A DNA stretch of 12,867 bases from a virus, in the UHGV virus genome UHGV-1325408. One strand, written 5' to 3'. Position 1 is the stretch's first letter. Every line of letters starts with the position of its first letter. The notes under the pieces are model-generated. The model did no database searches, was not told where the DNA came from, and was given only the letters and a program-made list of their open reading frames with translations. Below, piece after piece: positions 1-12,750 of the stretch. The translations under genes and the position numbers were made by a program.

Positions 1-3660
<3,660 letters not shown>

Positions 3661-3680
<20 letters not shown>

Positions 3681-4980
3681 TCTCCCGCATATTGCCAGCA
3701 TGGCCTTTAATGAGCCACTGATGCTTGAACCCGCCTATGCGCGGGTTTTCTTTTGTGCGCTTGCAGGCCAGCTTGGGATCAGCCGCCTGACGGATGCGGT
3801 GTCCGGCGACAGCCTGACTGCCCAGGAGGCACTCGCGACGCTGGCATTATCCGGTGATGATGACGGACCACGACAGGCCCGCAGTTATCAGGTCATGAAC
3901 GGCATCGCCGTGCTGCCGGTGTCCGGCACGCTGGTCAGCCGGACGCGGGCGCTGCAGCCGTATTCGGGGATGACCGGTTACAACGGCATTATCGCCCGTC
4001 TGCAACAGGCTGCCAGCGATCCGATGGTGGACGGCATTCTGCTCGATATGGACACGCCCGGCGGGATGGTGGCGGGGGCATTTGACTGCGCTGACATCAT
4101 CGCCCGTGTGCGTGACATAAAACCGGTATGGGCGCTTGCCAACGACATGAACTGCAGTGCAGGTCAGTTGCTTGCCAGTGCCGCCTCCCGGCGTCTGGTC
4201 ACGCAGACCGCCCGGACAGGCTCCATCGGCGTCATGATGGCTCACAGTAATTACGGTGCTGCGCTGGAGAAACAGGGTGTGGAAATCACGCTGATTTACA
4301 GCGGCAGCCATAAGGTGGATGGCAACCCCTACAGCCATCTTCCGGATGACGTCCGGGAGACACTGCAGTCCCGGATGGACGCAACCCGCCAGATGTTTGC
4401 GCAGAAGGTGTCGGCATATACCGGCCTGTCCGTGCAGGCTGTGCTGGATACCGAGGCTGCAGTGTACAGCGGTCAGGAGGCCATTGATGCCGGACTGGCT
4501 GATGAACTTGTTAACAGCACCGATGCGATCACCGTCATGCGTGATGCACTGGATGCACGTAAATCCCGTCTCTCAGGAGGGCGAATGACCAAAGAGACTC
4601 AATCAACAACTGTTTCAGCCACTGCTTCGCAGGCTGACGTTACTGACGTGGTGCCAGCGACGGAGGGCAAAAACGCCAGCGCGGCGCAGCCGGATGTGAA
4701 CGCGCAGATCACCGCAGCGGTTGCGGCAGAAAACAGCCGCATTATGGGGATCCTCAACTGTGAGGAGGCTCACGGACGCGAAGAACAGGCACGCGTGCTG
4801 GCCGAAACCCCCGGTATGACCGTGGAAACGGCCCGCCGCATTCTGGCAGCTGCACCACAGAGTGCACAGGCGCGCAGTGACACTGCGCTGGATCGTCTGA
4901 TGCAGGGGGCACCGGCACCGCTGGCTGCAGGTAACCCGGCATCTGATGCCGTTAACGATTTGCTGAACACACCAGTGTAA
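3661..4980 (+). CDS. C: Head maturation protease / scaffold gpC (S49 ClpP-like family), GTG start
   Basis: Frame of ORF 3526..4980. The lambda gpC N-terminus (M)TAELRNLPHIASMAFNEPLMLEPAYARVFF begins at GTG 3661, preceded by AGGAGGAG (about 3648-3655). Overlaps the B 3' end by 20 nt. The upstream ATG at 3526 lies inside B and is not the real start. Confidence 0.9.
4375..4980 (+). CDS. Nu3: Scaffolding protein Nu3, translated from an internal in-frame start within C (co-terminal with C)
   Basis: In-frame ATG at 4375 (MDATRQMFAQKVSAYTGLSV...) with the same stop as C at 4978-4980. This matches the known nested C/Nu3 arrangement of lambda. Confidence 0.8.
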   Translation: MDATRQMFAQKVSAYTGLSVQAVLDTEAAVYSGQEAIDAGLADELVNSTDAITVMRDALDARKSRLSGGRMTKETQSTTVSATASQADVTDVVPATEGKNASAAQPDVNAQITAAVAAENSRIMGILNCEEAHGREEQARVLAETPGMTVETARRILAAAPQSAQARSDTALDRLMQGAPAPLAAGNPASDAVNDLLNTPV

Positions 4981-4989
4981 GGGATGTTT

Positions 4990-5322
4990 ATGACGAGCAA
5001 AGAAACCTTTACCCATTACCAGCCGCTGGGCAACAGTGACCCGGCACATACGGCAACCGCGCCCGGCGGATTGAGTGCGAAAGCGCCTGCAATGACCCCG
5101 CTGATGCTGGACACCTCCACCCGTAAGCTGGTTGTGTGGGATGGCACCACCGACGGTGCTGCCGTTGGCATTCTGGCGGTTGCTGCTGACCAGACCAGCA
5201 CCACGCTGACGTTCTACAAGTCCGGCACGTTCCGTTATGAGGATGTGCTCTGGCCGGAGGCTGCCAGCGACGAGACGAAAAAACGGACCGCGTTTGCCGG
5301 AACGGCAATCAGCATCGTTTAA
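4990..5322 (+). CDS. D: Capsid decoration protein gpD (110 aa)
   Basis: Translation [52 protein letters not shown]...[10 protein letters not shown] matches lambda gpD. The ORF track's start at 4984 adds MF; I take ATG 4990 as the start. Confidence 0.93.
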   Translation: MTSKETFTHYQPLGNSDPAHTATAPGGLSAKAPAMTPLMLDTSTRKLVVWDGTTDGAAVGILAVAADQTSTTLTFYKSGTFRYEDVLWPEAASDETKKRTAFAGTAISIV

Positions 5323-5342
5323 CCTTACCCTTCATCACTAAA

Positions 5343-5364
5343 GGCCGCCTGTGCGGCTTTTTTT
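5343..5364 (+). terminator. GC-rich hairpin followed by a T7 run in the D-E intergenic region (intrinsic-terminator-like or mRNA-stability element)
   Basis: aaGGCCGCctgtGCGGCttttttt: stem GCCGC (5344-5348) / GCGGC (5353-5357), 4-nt loop, then 7 T's (5358-5364), located between the D stop (5322) and the E start (5378). Confidence 0.35.
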
Positions 5365-5377
5365 ACGGGATTTTTTT

Positions 5378-6403
5378 ATGTCGATGTACACAACCGCCCA
5401 GCTGCTGGCGGCAAATGAGAAGAAATTTAAGTTTGATCCGCTGTTTCTGCGTCTCTTTTTCCGTGAGAGCTATCCCTTCACCACGGAGAAAGTCTATCTC
5501 TCACAAATTCCGGGACTGGTAAACATGGCGCTGTACGTTTCGCCGATTGTTTCCGGTGAGGTTATCCGCTCCCGTGGCGGCTCCACCTCTGAATTTACAC
5601 CGGGATATGTCAAGCCGAAGCATGAGGTGAATCCGCAGATGACCCTGCGTCGCCTGCCGGATGAAGATCCACAGAATCTGGCGGACCCGGCTTACCGCCG
5701 CCGTCGCATCATCCTGCAGAACATGCGAGACGAAGAGCTGGCCATTGCTCAGGTCGAAGAGATGCAGGCCGTTTCTGCCGTGCTTAAGGGCAAATATACC
5801 ATGACCGGTGAAGCCTTCGATCCGGTTGAAGTGGATATGGGCCGCAGTGTGGCGAACAACATCACGCAGTCCGGCGGTACGGAGTGGAGCAAGCGTGACA
5901 AGTCCACGTATGACCCGACCGACGATATCGAAGCCTACGCGCTGAACGCCAGCGGTGTGGTGAATATCATCGTGTTTGATCCGAAAGGCTGGGCGCTGTT
6001 CCGTTCCTTCAAAGCCGTCAAGGAGAAGCTGGATACCCGTCGCGGCTCTAATTCCGAGCTGGAGACAGCGGTAAAAGACCTGGGCGAAGCGGTGTCCTAT
6101 AAGGGGATGTATGGCGATACGGCGATCGTCGTGTATTCCGGACAGTACGTGGAAAACGACGTCAAAAAGAACTTCCTGCCGGACAACACGATGGTGCTGG
6201 GGAACACTCAGGCACGCGGTCTGCGCACCTATGGCTGCATTCAGGATGCGGACGCACAGCGCGAAGGTATTAACGCCTCTGCCCGCTACCCGAAAAACTG
6301 GGTGACCACCGGCGATCCGGCGCGTGAGTTCACCATGATTCAGTCAGCACCGCTGATGCTGCTGGCTGACCCTGATGCGTTCGTGTCCGTACAACTGGCG
6401 TAA
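5378..6403 (+). CDS. E: Major capsid protein gpE (341 aa)
   Basis: Translation MSMYTTAQLLAANEKKFKFDPLFLRLFFRESYPFTTEKVYLSQIPGLVNMALYVSPIVSGEV... ending ...ADPDAFVSVQLA matches lambda gpE. The ORF-track start at 5351 is an upstream in-frame ATG inside the hairpin. Confidence 0.95.
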   Translation: MSMYTTAQLLAANEKKFKFDPLFLRLFFRESYPFTTEKVYLSQIPGLVNMALYVSPIVSGEVIRSRGGSTSEFTPGYVKPKHEVNPQMTLRRLPDEDPQNLADPAYRRRRIILQNMRDEELAIAQVEEMQAVSAVLKGKYTMTGEAFDPVEVDMGRSVANNITQSGGTEWSKRDKSTYDPTDDIEAYALNASGVVNIIVFDPKGWALFRSFKAVKEKLDTRRGSNSELETAVKDLGEAVSYKGMYGDTAIVVYSGQYVENDVKKNFLPDNTMVLGNTQARGLRTYGCIQDADAQREGINASARYPKNWVTTGDPAREFTMIQSAPLMLLADPDAFVSVQLA

Positions 6404-6444
6404 TCATGGCCCTTCGGGGCCATTTTCTCTCTGTGGAGGAGTCC

Positions 6445-6843
6445 ATGACGAAAGATGAACTGATTGCCCGTCTTCAGGTGCTGGGTGAGCAACTGAACCG
6501 TGATGTCAGCCTGACGGGGACGAAAGAAGAACTGGCACTCCGTGTGGCAGAGCTGGAAGAGGAGCTTGATGACACGGATGAAACTGCCGGTCAGGACACC
6601 CCTCTCAGCCGGGAAAATGTGCTGACCGGACATGAAAATGAGGTGGGATCAGCGCAGCCGGATACCGTGATTCTGGATACGTCTGAACTGGTCACGGTCG
6701 TGGCACTGGTGAAGCTGCATACTGATGCACTTCACGCCACGCGGGATGAACCTGTGGCATTTGTGCTGCCGGGAACGGCGTTTCGTGTCTCTGCCGGTGT
6801 GGCAGCCGAAATGACAGAGCGCGGCCTGGCCAGAATGCAATAA
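6445..6843 (+). CDS. FI: DNA-packaging / head assembly protein gpFI (132 aa)
   Basis: Translation MTKDELIARLQVLGEQLNRDVSLTGTKEELALRVAELEEELDDTDETAGQD... matches lambda gpFI. GGAGGAG Shine-Dalgarno at about 6433-6439 upstream of ATG 6445. Confidence 0.9.
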   Translation: MTKDELIARLQVLGEQLNRDVSLTGTKEELALRVAELEEELDDTDETAGQDTPLSRENVLTGHENEVGSAQPDTVILDTSELVTVVALVKLHTDALHATRDEPVAFVLPGTAFRVSAGVAAEMTERGLARMQ

Positions 6844-6854
6844 CGGGAGGCGCT

Positions 6855-7208
6855 GTGGCTGATTTCGATAACCTGTTCGATGCTGCCATTGCCCGCGCCG
6901 ATGAAACGATACGCGGGTACATGGGAACGTCAGCCACCATTACATCCGGTGAGCAGTCAGGTGCGGTGATACGTGGTGTTTTTGATGACCCTGAAAATAT
7001 CAGCTATGCCGGACAGGGCGTGCGCGTTGAAGGCTCCAGCCCGTCCCTGTTTGTCCGGACTGATGAGGTGCGGCAGCTGCGGCGTGGAGACACGCTGACC
7101 ATCGGTGAGGAAAATTTCTGGGTAGATCGGGTTTCGCCGGATGATGGCGGAAGTTGTCATCTCTGGCTTGGACGGGGCGTACCGCCTGCCGTTAACCGTC
7201 GCCGCTGA
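6855..7208 (+). CDS. FII: Head-tail connector protein gpFII (117 aa), GTG start
   Basis: Translation (M)ADFDNLFDAAIARADETIRGYMGTSATITSGEQSGAVIRGVFDDPENISYAGQGVRVEGSSP... matches lambda gpFII. GGGAGG at 6845-6850 precedes GTG 6855. Confidence 0.9.
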   Translation: MADFDNLFDAAIARADETIRGYMGTSATITSGEQSGAVIRGVFDDPENISYAGQGVRVEGSSPSLFVRTDEVRQLRRGDTLTIGEENFWVDRVSPDDGGSCHLWLGRGVPPAVNRRR

Positions 7209-7219
7209 AAGGGGGATGT

Positions 7220-7798
7220 ATGGCCATAAAAGGTCTTGAGCAGGCCGTTGAAAACCTCAGCCGTATCAGCAAAACGGCGGTGTCTGGTGCCGCCGCAATG
7301 GCCATTAACCGCGTTGCTTCATCCGCGATATCGCAGTCTGCGTCACAGGTTGCCCGTGAGACAAAGGTACGTCGAAAACTGGTAAAGGAAAGGGCCAGGC
7401 TGAAAAGGGCCACGGTCAAAAATCCGCAGGCCAGAATCAAAGTTAACCGGGGGGATTTGCCCGTAATCAAGCTGGGTAATGCGCGGGTTGTCCTGTCCCG
7501 CCGCAGGCGTCGTAAAAAGGGGCAGCGTTCATCCCTGAAAGGTGGCGGCAGCGTGCTTGTGGTGGGTAACCGTCGTATTCCCGGCGCGTTTATTCAGCAA
7601 CTGAAAAATGGCCGGTGGCATGTTATGCAGCGTGTGGCCGGGAAAAACCGTTACCCCATTGATGTGGTGAAAATCCCGATGGCGGTGCCGCTTACCACGG
7701 CGTTTAAACAGAATATTGAACGGATACGGCGTGAACGTCTTCCGAAAGAGCTGGGCTATGCGCTGCAGCATCAACTGAGAATGGTAATAAAGCGATGA
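7220..7798 (+). CDS. Z: Tail completion protein gpZ (192 aa)
   Basis: Translation MAIKGLEQAVENLSRISKTAVSGAAAMAINRVASSAISQSASQVARETKVRRKLVKERARLKRATV... matches lambda gpZ. Stop overlaps the U start (ATGA at 7795-7798). Confidence 0.9.
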   Translation: MAIKGLEQAVENLSRISKTAVSGAAAMAINRVASSAISQSASQVARETKVRRKLVKERARLKRATVKNPQARIKVNRGDLPVIKLGNARVVLSRRRRRKKGQRSSLKGGGSVLVVGNRRIPGAFIQQLKNGRWHVMQRVAGKNRYPIDVVKIPMAVPLTTAFKQNIERIRRERLPKELGYALQHQLRMVIKR

Positions 7799-8190
7799 AA
7801 CATACTGAACTCCGTGCAGCCGTACTGGATGCACTGGAGAAGCATGACACCGGGGCGACGCTTTTTGATGGTCGCCCCGCTGTTTTTGATGAGGAAGATT
7901 TTCCGGCAATTGCCGTTTATCTCACCGGCGCTGAATACACGGGCGAAGAGCTGGACAGCGATACCTGGCAGGCGGAGCTGCATATTGAAGTTTTCCTGCC
8001 TGCTCAGGTGCCGGATTCAGAGCTGGATTCGTGGATGGAGTCCCGGATTTATCCGGTGATGAGCGATATCCCGGCACTGTCAGATTTGATCACCAGTATG
8101 GTGGCCAGTGGCTATGACTACCGGCGCGACGATGATGCGGGCCTGTGGAGTTCAGCCGATCTGACTTATGTCATTACCTATGAAATGTGA
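7795..8190 (+). CDS. U: Tail tube terminator protein gpU (131 aa)
   Basis: Translation [71 protein letters not shown]... matches lambda gpU. Confidence 0.92.
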   Translation: MKHTELRAAVLDALEKHDTGATLFDGRPAVFDEEDFPAIAVYLTGAEYTGEELDSDTWQAELHIEVFLPAQVPDSELDSWMESRIYPVMSDIPALSDLITSMVASGYDYRRDDDAGLWSSADLTYVITYEM

Positions 8191-8197
8191 GGACGCT

Positions 8198-8938
8198 ATG
8201 CCTGTACCAAATCCTACAATGCCGGTGAAAGGTGCCGGGACCACCCTGTGGGTTTATAAGGGGAGCGGTGACCCTTATGCGAATCCGCTTTCAGACGTTG
8301 ACTGGTCGCGTCTGGCAAAAGTTAAAGACCTGACGCCCGGCGAACTGACCGCTGAGTCCTATGACGACAGCTATCTCGATGATGAAGATGCAGACTGGAC
8401 TGCGACCGGGCAGGGGCAGAAATCTGCCGGAGATACCAGCTTCACGCTGGCGTGGATGCCCGGAGAGCAGGGGCAGCAGGCGCTGCTGGCGTGGTTTAAT
8501 GAAGGTGATACCCGTGCCTATAAAATCCGCTTCCCGAACGGCACGGTCGATGTGTTCCGCGGCTGGGTCAGCAGTATCGGTAAGGCGGTGACGGCGAAGG
8601 AAGTGATCACCCGCACGGTGAAAGTCACCAACGTGGGACGTCCGTCGATGGCAGAAGATCGCAGCACGGTGACGGCGGCAACCGGCATGACCGTGACGCC
8701 TGCCAGCACCTCGGTGGTGAAAGGGCAGAGCACGACGCTGACCGTGGCATTCCAGCCGGAAGGCGCAACCGACAAGAGCTTCCGTGCGGTGTCTGCGGAT
8801 AAAACAAAAGCCACCGTGTCGGTCAGTGGTATGACCATCACCGTGAAAGGTGTTGCTGCAGGCAAGGTCAACATTCCGGTCGTATCCGGTAATGGTGAGT
8901 TTGCTGCGGTTGCAGAAATCAACGTCACCGCCAGTTAA
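8198..8938 (+). CDS. V: Major tail tube protein gpV (246 aa), including the C-terminal Ig-like (Big_2-type) domain
   Basis: Translation [73 protein letters not shown]... matches lambda gpV. GAGGA Shine-Dalgarno at about 8187-8191 before ATG 8198; the ORF-track start at 8168 lies inside U. Confidence 0.95.
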   Translation: MPVPNPTMPVKGAGTTLWVYKGSGDPYANPLSDVDWSRLAKVKDLTPGELTAESYDDSYLDDEDADWTATGQGQKSAGDTSFTLAWMPGEQGQQALLAWFNEGDTRAYKIRFPNGTVDVFRGWVSSIGKAVTAKEVITRTVKVTNVGRPSMAEDRSTVTAATGMTVTPASTSVVKGQSTTLTVAFQPEGATDKSFRAVSADKTKATVSVSGMTITVKGVAAGKVNIPVVSGNGEFAAVAEINVTAS

Positions 8939-8953
8939 TCCGGAGAATCAGCG

Positions 8954-9376
8954 ATGTTCCTGAAAACCGAATCATTTGAACATAACGGCGTGACCGTCAC
9001 GCTTTCTGAACTGTCAGCCCTGCAGCGTATTGAGCATCTCGCCCTGATGAAACGGCAGGCAGAACAGGCGGAGTCAGACAGCAACCGGAAGTTTACTGTG
9101 GAAGACGCCATCAGAACCGGCGCTTTTGTGGTGGCGATGTCCCTGTGGCATAACCATCCGAAGAAGACGCAGATGCCGTCCATGAATGAAGCCGTTAAAC
9201 AGATTGAGCAGGAAGTGCTTACCACCTGGCCCACGGAGGCAATTTCTCATGCTGAAAACGTGGTGTACCGGCTGTCTGGTATGTATGAGTTTGTGGTGAA
9301 TAATGCCCCTGAACAGACAGAGGACGCCGGGCCCGCAGAGCCTGTTTCTGCGGGAAAGTGTTCGACGGTGAGCTGA
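8954..9376 (+). CDS. G: Tail assembly chaperone gpG (140 aa)
   Basis: Translation MFLKTESFEHNGVTVTLSELSALQRIEHLALMKRQAEQAESDSNRKFTVEDAIRTGAFVVAMSLWHNHP...PVSAGKCSTVS matches lambda gpG. Stop TGA at 9374-9376. Confidence 0.92.
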   Translation: MFLKTESFEHNGVTVTLSELSALQRIEHLALMKRQAEQAESDSNRKFTVEDAIRTGAFVVAMSLWHNHPKKTQMPSMNEAVKQIEQEVLTTWPTEAISHAENVVYRLSGMYEFVVNNAPEQTEDAGPAEPVSAGKCSTVS

Positions 9377-9792
9377 GTTTTGCCCTGAAACTGGCGCGTG
9401 AGATGGGGCGACCCGACTGGCGTGCCATGCTTGCCGGGATGTCATCCACGGAGTATGCCGACTGGCACCGCTTTTACAGTACCCATTATTTTCATGATGT
9501 TCTGCTGGATATGCACTTTTCCGGGCTGACGTACACCGTGCTCAGCCTGTTTTTCAGCGATCCGGAGATGCATCCGCTGGATTTCAGTCTGCTGAACCGG
9601 CGCGAGGCTGACGAAGAGCCTGAAGATGATGTGCTGATGCAGAAAGCGGCAGGGCTTGCCGGAGGCGTTCGTTTTGGCCCGGACGGGAATGAAGTTATCC
9701 CCGCTTCCCCGGATGTGGCGGACATGACGGAGGATGACGTAATGCTGATGACAGTATCAGAAGGGATCGCAGGAGGAGTCCGGTATGGCTGA
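8954..9792 (+). CDS. GT: Tail assembly chaperone gpGT, produced by a programmed -1 ribosomal frameshift at 9352-9358 that joins G to the T frame
   Basis: The T-frame ORF (…GKVFDGELSFALKLAREMGRPDWRAMLAGMSSTEYADWHRFYSTHYFHDV...) has no independent canonical start and overlaps the G 3' end. The slippery heptamer G GGA AAG sits in the G zero frame at 9352-9358. T stop is TGA at 9790-9792, overlapping the H start. Confidence 0.85.
9352..9358 (+). promoter_or_regulatory. Programmed -1 frameshift slippery heptamer GGGAAAG (G to GT)
   Basis: Sequence cGGGAAAGtg, with codon phasing G|GGA|AAG in the G frame verified from the G start at 8954. This is the known lambda G-T recoding site. Confidence 0.85.
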
Positions 9793-11915
9793 ACCGGTAG
9801 GCGATCTGGTCGTTGATTTAAGTCTGGATGCGGCCAGATTTGACGAGCAGATGGCCAGAGTCAGGCGTCATTTTTCCGGTACGGAAACTGATGCGAAAAA
9901 AACAGCGGCAGTCGTTGAACAGTCGCTGAGCCGACAGGTGCTGGCTGCACAGAAAGCGGGGATTTCCGTCGGGCAGTATAAAGCCGCCATGCGTATGCTG
10001 CCTGCACAGTTCACCGACGTGGCTACGCAGCTTGTAGGCGGGCAAAGCCCGTGGCTGATCCTGCTGCAACAGGGTGGTCAGGTTAAGGACTCCTTCGGCG
10101 GGATGATCCCCATGTTCCGGGGGCTTGCCGGTGCGATCACCCTGCCGATGGTCGGGGCCACCTCGCTGGCGGTGGCGACCGGTGCGCTGGCGTATGCCTG
10201 GTATCAGGGTAACTCAACCCTGTCCGATTTCAACAAAACGCTGGTCCTTTCCGGTAATCAGTCGGGTCTGACGGCAGATCGTATGCTGGTCCTGTCCAGA
10301 GCCGGGCAGGCGGCAGGGCTGACGTTTAACCAGACCAGCGAGTCACTCAGTGCACTGGTTAAGGCGGGGGTAAGCGGTGAGGCTCAGATTGCGTCCATCA
10401 GCCAGAGTGTGGCGCGTTTCTCTTCTGCATCCGGCGTGGAGGTGGACAAGGTCGCTGAAGCCTTCGGGAAGCTGACCACTGACCCGACGTCGGGGCTGAC
10501 GGCGATGGCGCGCCAGTTCCATAACGTGACGGCGGAGCAGATTGCGTATGTTGCTCAGTTGCAGCGTTCCGGCGATGAAGCCGGGGCATTGCAGGCGGCG
10601 AACGAGGCCGCAACGAAAGGGTTTGATGACCAGACCCGACGCCTGAAAGAGAACATGGGCACGCTGGAAACCTGGGCAGACAGGACAGCACGGGCATTCA
10701 AATCCATGTGGGATGCGGTGCTGGATATTGGTCGTCCTGATACCGCGCAGGAGATGCTGATTAAGGCAGAGGCTGCGTTTAAGAAAGCGGACGACATCTG
10801 GAATCTGCGCAAGGATGATTATTTTGTTAACGATGAAGCGCGGGCGCGTTACTGGGATGATCGTGAAAAGGCCCGTCTTGCGCTTGAAGCCGCCCGAAAG
10901 AAGGCTGAACAGCAGAGTCAACAGGACAAAAATGCGCAGCAGCAGAGCGATACCGAAGCATCACGGCTGAAATATACCGAAGAGGCGCAGAAGGCTTACG
11001 AACGGCTGCAGACACCGCTGGAGAAATATACCGCCCGTCAGGAAGAACTGAACAAGGCACTGAAAGACGGGAAAATCCTGCAGGCAGATTACAACACGCT
11101 GATGGCGGCGGCGAAAAAGGATTATGAAGCGACGCTGAAAAAGCCGAAACAGTCCGGCGTGAAGGTGTCTGCGGGCGATCGTCAGGAAGACAGTGCTCAT
11201 GCTGCCCTGCTGACGCTTCAGGCAGAACTCCGGACGCTGGAGAAGCATGCCGGAGCGAATGAGAAAATCAGCCAGCAGCGCCGGGATTTGTGGAAGGCGG
11301 AAAATCAGTTCGCGGTACTGGAGGAGGCGGCACAACGTCGCCAGCTATCCGCACAGGAGAAATCCCTGCTGGCGCATAAAGATGAGACGCTGGAGTACAA
11401 ACGCCAGCTGGCTGTACTTGGCGATAAGGTCACGTATCAGGAGCACCTGAACGCGCTGGCGCAGCAGGCGGATAAGTTCGCACAGCAACAACGGGCAAAA
11501 CGGGCAGCCATTGAGGCGAAAAACCGGGGGCTTACTGACCGGCAGGCAGCGCGGGACGCCACGGAACAGCGTCTGAAGGAGCAGTATGGCGATAATCCGC
11601 TGGCGCTAAATAACGTCATGTCAGAGCAGAAAAAGACCTGGGCAGCTGAAGACCTGCTTCGCGGGAGCTGGATGGCTGGCCTCAAGTCCGGCTGGAGCGA
11701 GTGGAAAGAGAGTGCCACGGACAGTATGTCGCAGGTTAAAAGTGCTGCCACGCAGACCTTTGATGGTATTGCGCAGAATATGGCGGCGATGCTGACCGGC
11801 AGTGAGCAGAACTGGCGCAGCTTCACCCGTTCCGTGCTGTCCATGATGACAGAAATTCTGCTTAAGCAGGCAATGGTGGGGATTGTCGGAAGTATAGGCA
11901 GCGCCATTGGCGGCG
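9785..11915 (+). pseudogene. H: Tape measure protein gpH, N-terminal ~710 codons only; homology ends at a rearrangement breakpoint (about 11915-11917)
   Basis: Translation MAEPVGDLVVDLSLDAARFDEQMARVRRHFSGTETDAKK... through ...MMTEILLKQAMVGIVGSIGSAIGG matches lambda gpH. After this the + frame reads VAVSVDEVHRIQKTG..., which is the antisense of gene L, instead of the expected glycine-rich gpH continuation. The 865-aa ORF 9785..12382 is an accidental read-through. Confidence 0.85.
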
Positions 11916-11917
11916 TC

Positions 11918-12286
11918 GCTGTTTCCGTTGACGAAGTTCACCGCATCCAGAAAACGGGCATAAACCTTACGCCTGACCACCGTTCCGCCGACCAGACTCT
12001 GCAGATCTTCCGCCATCCCGGTGACCATGCCATACAGGTTAGAAACCGTCAGCGTGGGGCGCGTACTGGTGCCTTTGCCATTCAGTTCGAAACCACTCCC
12101 CTGAATGGGATACGCCTGATACTGTCGCCCCTGCCAGGTGACCGGCTCACCTTTTTCGTTCTGCTCATTACAGAAAAAATAACGTTCTCCACCAACCTCT
12201 GTCAGATCGATTTCCCAGAGCACCACGCTGGCCGACTGCTCCGCACGGGTGCATTCATTCAGTGTTTCCTGTCGGATATCCTGCAT
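11918..12286 (-). pseudogene. L: Tail tip assembly protein gpL, N-terminal 123 codons only (inverted relative to the rest of the module); truncated at the breakpoint
   Basis: Minus-strand ORF 11621..12286 starts MQDIRQETLNECTRAEQSASVVLWEIDLTEVGGERYFFCNEQNEKGEPVTWQGRQYQ...RFLDAVNFVNGNS (gpL N-terminus), then continues as antisense of H for 98 codons. Start ATG overlaps the M stop (TGATG). Confidence 0.85.
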
Positions 12287-12615
12287 CAGTTCACCACCTG
12301 TTCAAACTCTGCGCTGAACTCAACACGCAACATACTGACCCGCGACGACCATTTTGCGCAGGTCACCTTTATCTGCCGGTAGCCATAAGGCGGCGTCCAC
12401 AGAAAGGATTTCCAGCCCCCGTGCTCAGCCAGAAACGACTCAAGCGCCGTGGCCTCCCAACGGGGAACAGAAAGCGTCACGCTGTACGTTTTCAGGTCGG
12501 CATTCAGCCCGGCAGGCGCTCGCTGGGAATAGCCATCACCAAAGCGCACCTTTCTTACGGAAGGGGCCGAAGCCACATCCATACCGGGTTTCACTTTCCA
12601 GCGGAAGGTTTTCAT
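12286..12615 (-). CDS. M: Tail tip protein gpM (109 aa), complete but in inverted orientation relative to upstream tail genes
   Basis: Translation MKTFRWKVKPGMDVASAPSVRKVRFGDGYSQRAPAGLNADLKTYSVTLSVPRWEATALESFLAEHGGWKSFLWTPPYGYRQIKVTCAKWSSRVSMLRVEFSAEFEQVVN matches lambda gpM. ATGA overlap with the stop of the H C-terminal fragment. Confidence 0.9.
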   Translation of the reverse strand: MKTFRWKVKPGMDVASAPSVRKVRFGDGYSQRAPAGLNADLKTYSVTLSVPRWEATALESFLAEHGGWKSFLWTPPYGYRQIKVTCAKWSSRVSMLRVEFSAEFEQVVN

Positions 12616-12749
12616 CGTCCACCTCCGGAGAACAGACCACCATCGCGCATCTGCCCGGTCACAACATCCATTGCCGCCTTACGGGCTACGTCATAAACAG
12701 CCTTCAGTGCCTGTGGCCCTATCTGACCGTTCGTGCCGTCGTTGTTTAT
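12612..12749 (-). pseudogene. H: Tape measure protein gpH, C-terminal 45 codons (detached fragment on the - strand)
   Basis: The last 45 residues of minus ORF 12612..12845 (INNDGTNGQIGPQALKAVYDVARKAAMDVVTGQMRDGGLFSGGGR) match the gpH C-terminus. The preceding 32 residues (MPVSIIPEPKSFAISALTRLYTILIVLGKPWG) come from unrelated DNA. Confidence 0.85.
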
Positions 12750-12750
12750 C

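Noticed and set aside
7529-7983. Minus-strand ORFs 7529..7909 and 7771..7983 overlapping Z and U
   Set aside because: Antisense shadows of well-supported tail genes with no independent coding evidence.
9358-9792. T as an independent 144-aa gene
   Set aside because: The apparent start is a GTG inside the slippery site. In lambda, T is expressed only as the GT frameshift fusion, so it is annotated here as part of GT.
10343-10921. 192-aa minus-strand ORF (plus nested 10398..10697 and 10555..10812) inside gene H
   Set aside because: Antisense to the tape measure coding sequence; low-complexity, Arg/Pro-rich translation typical of a GC-rich antisense frame.
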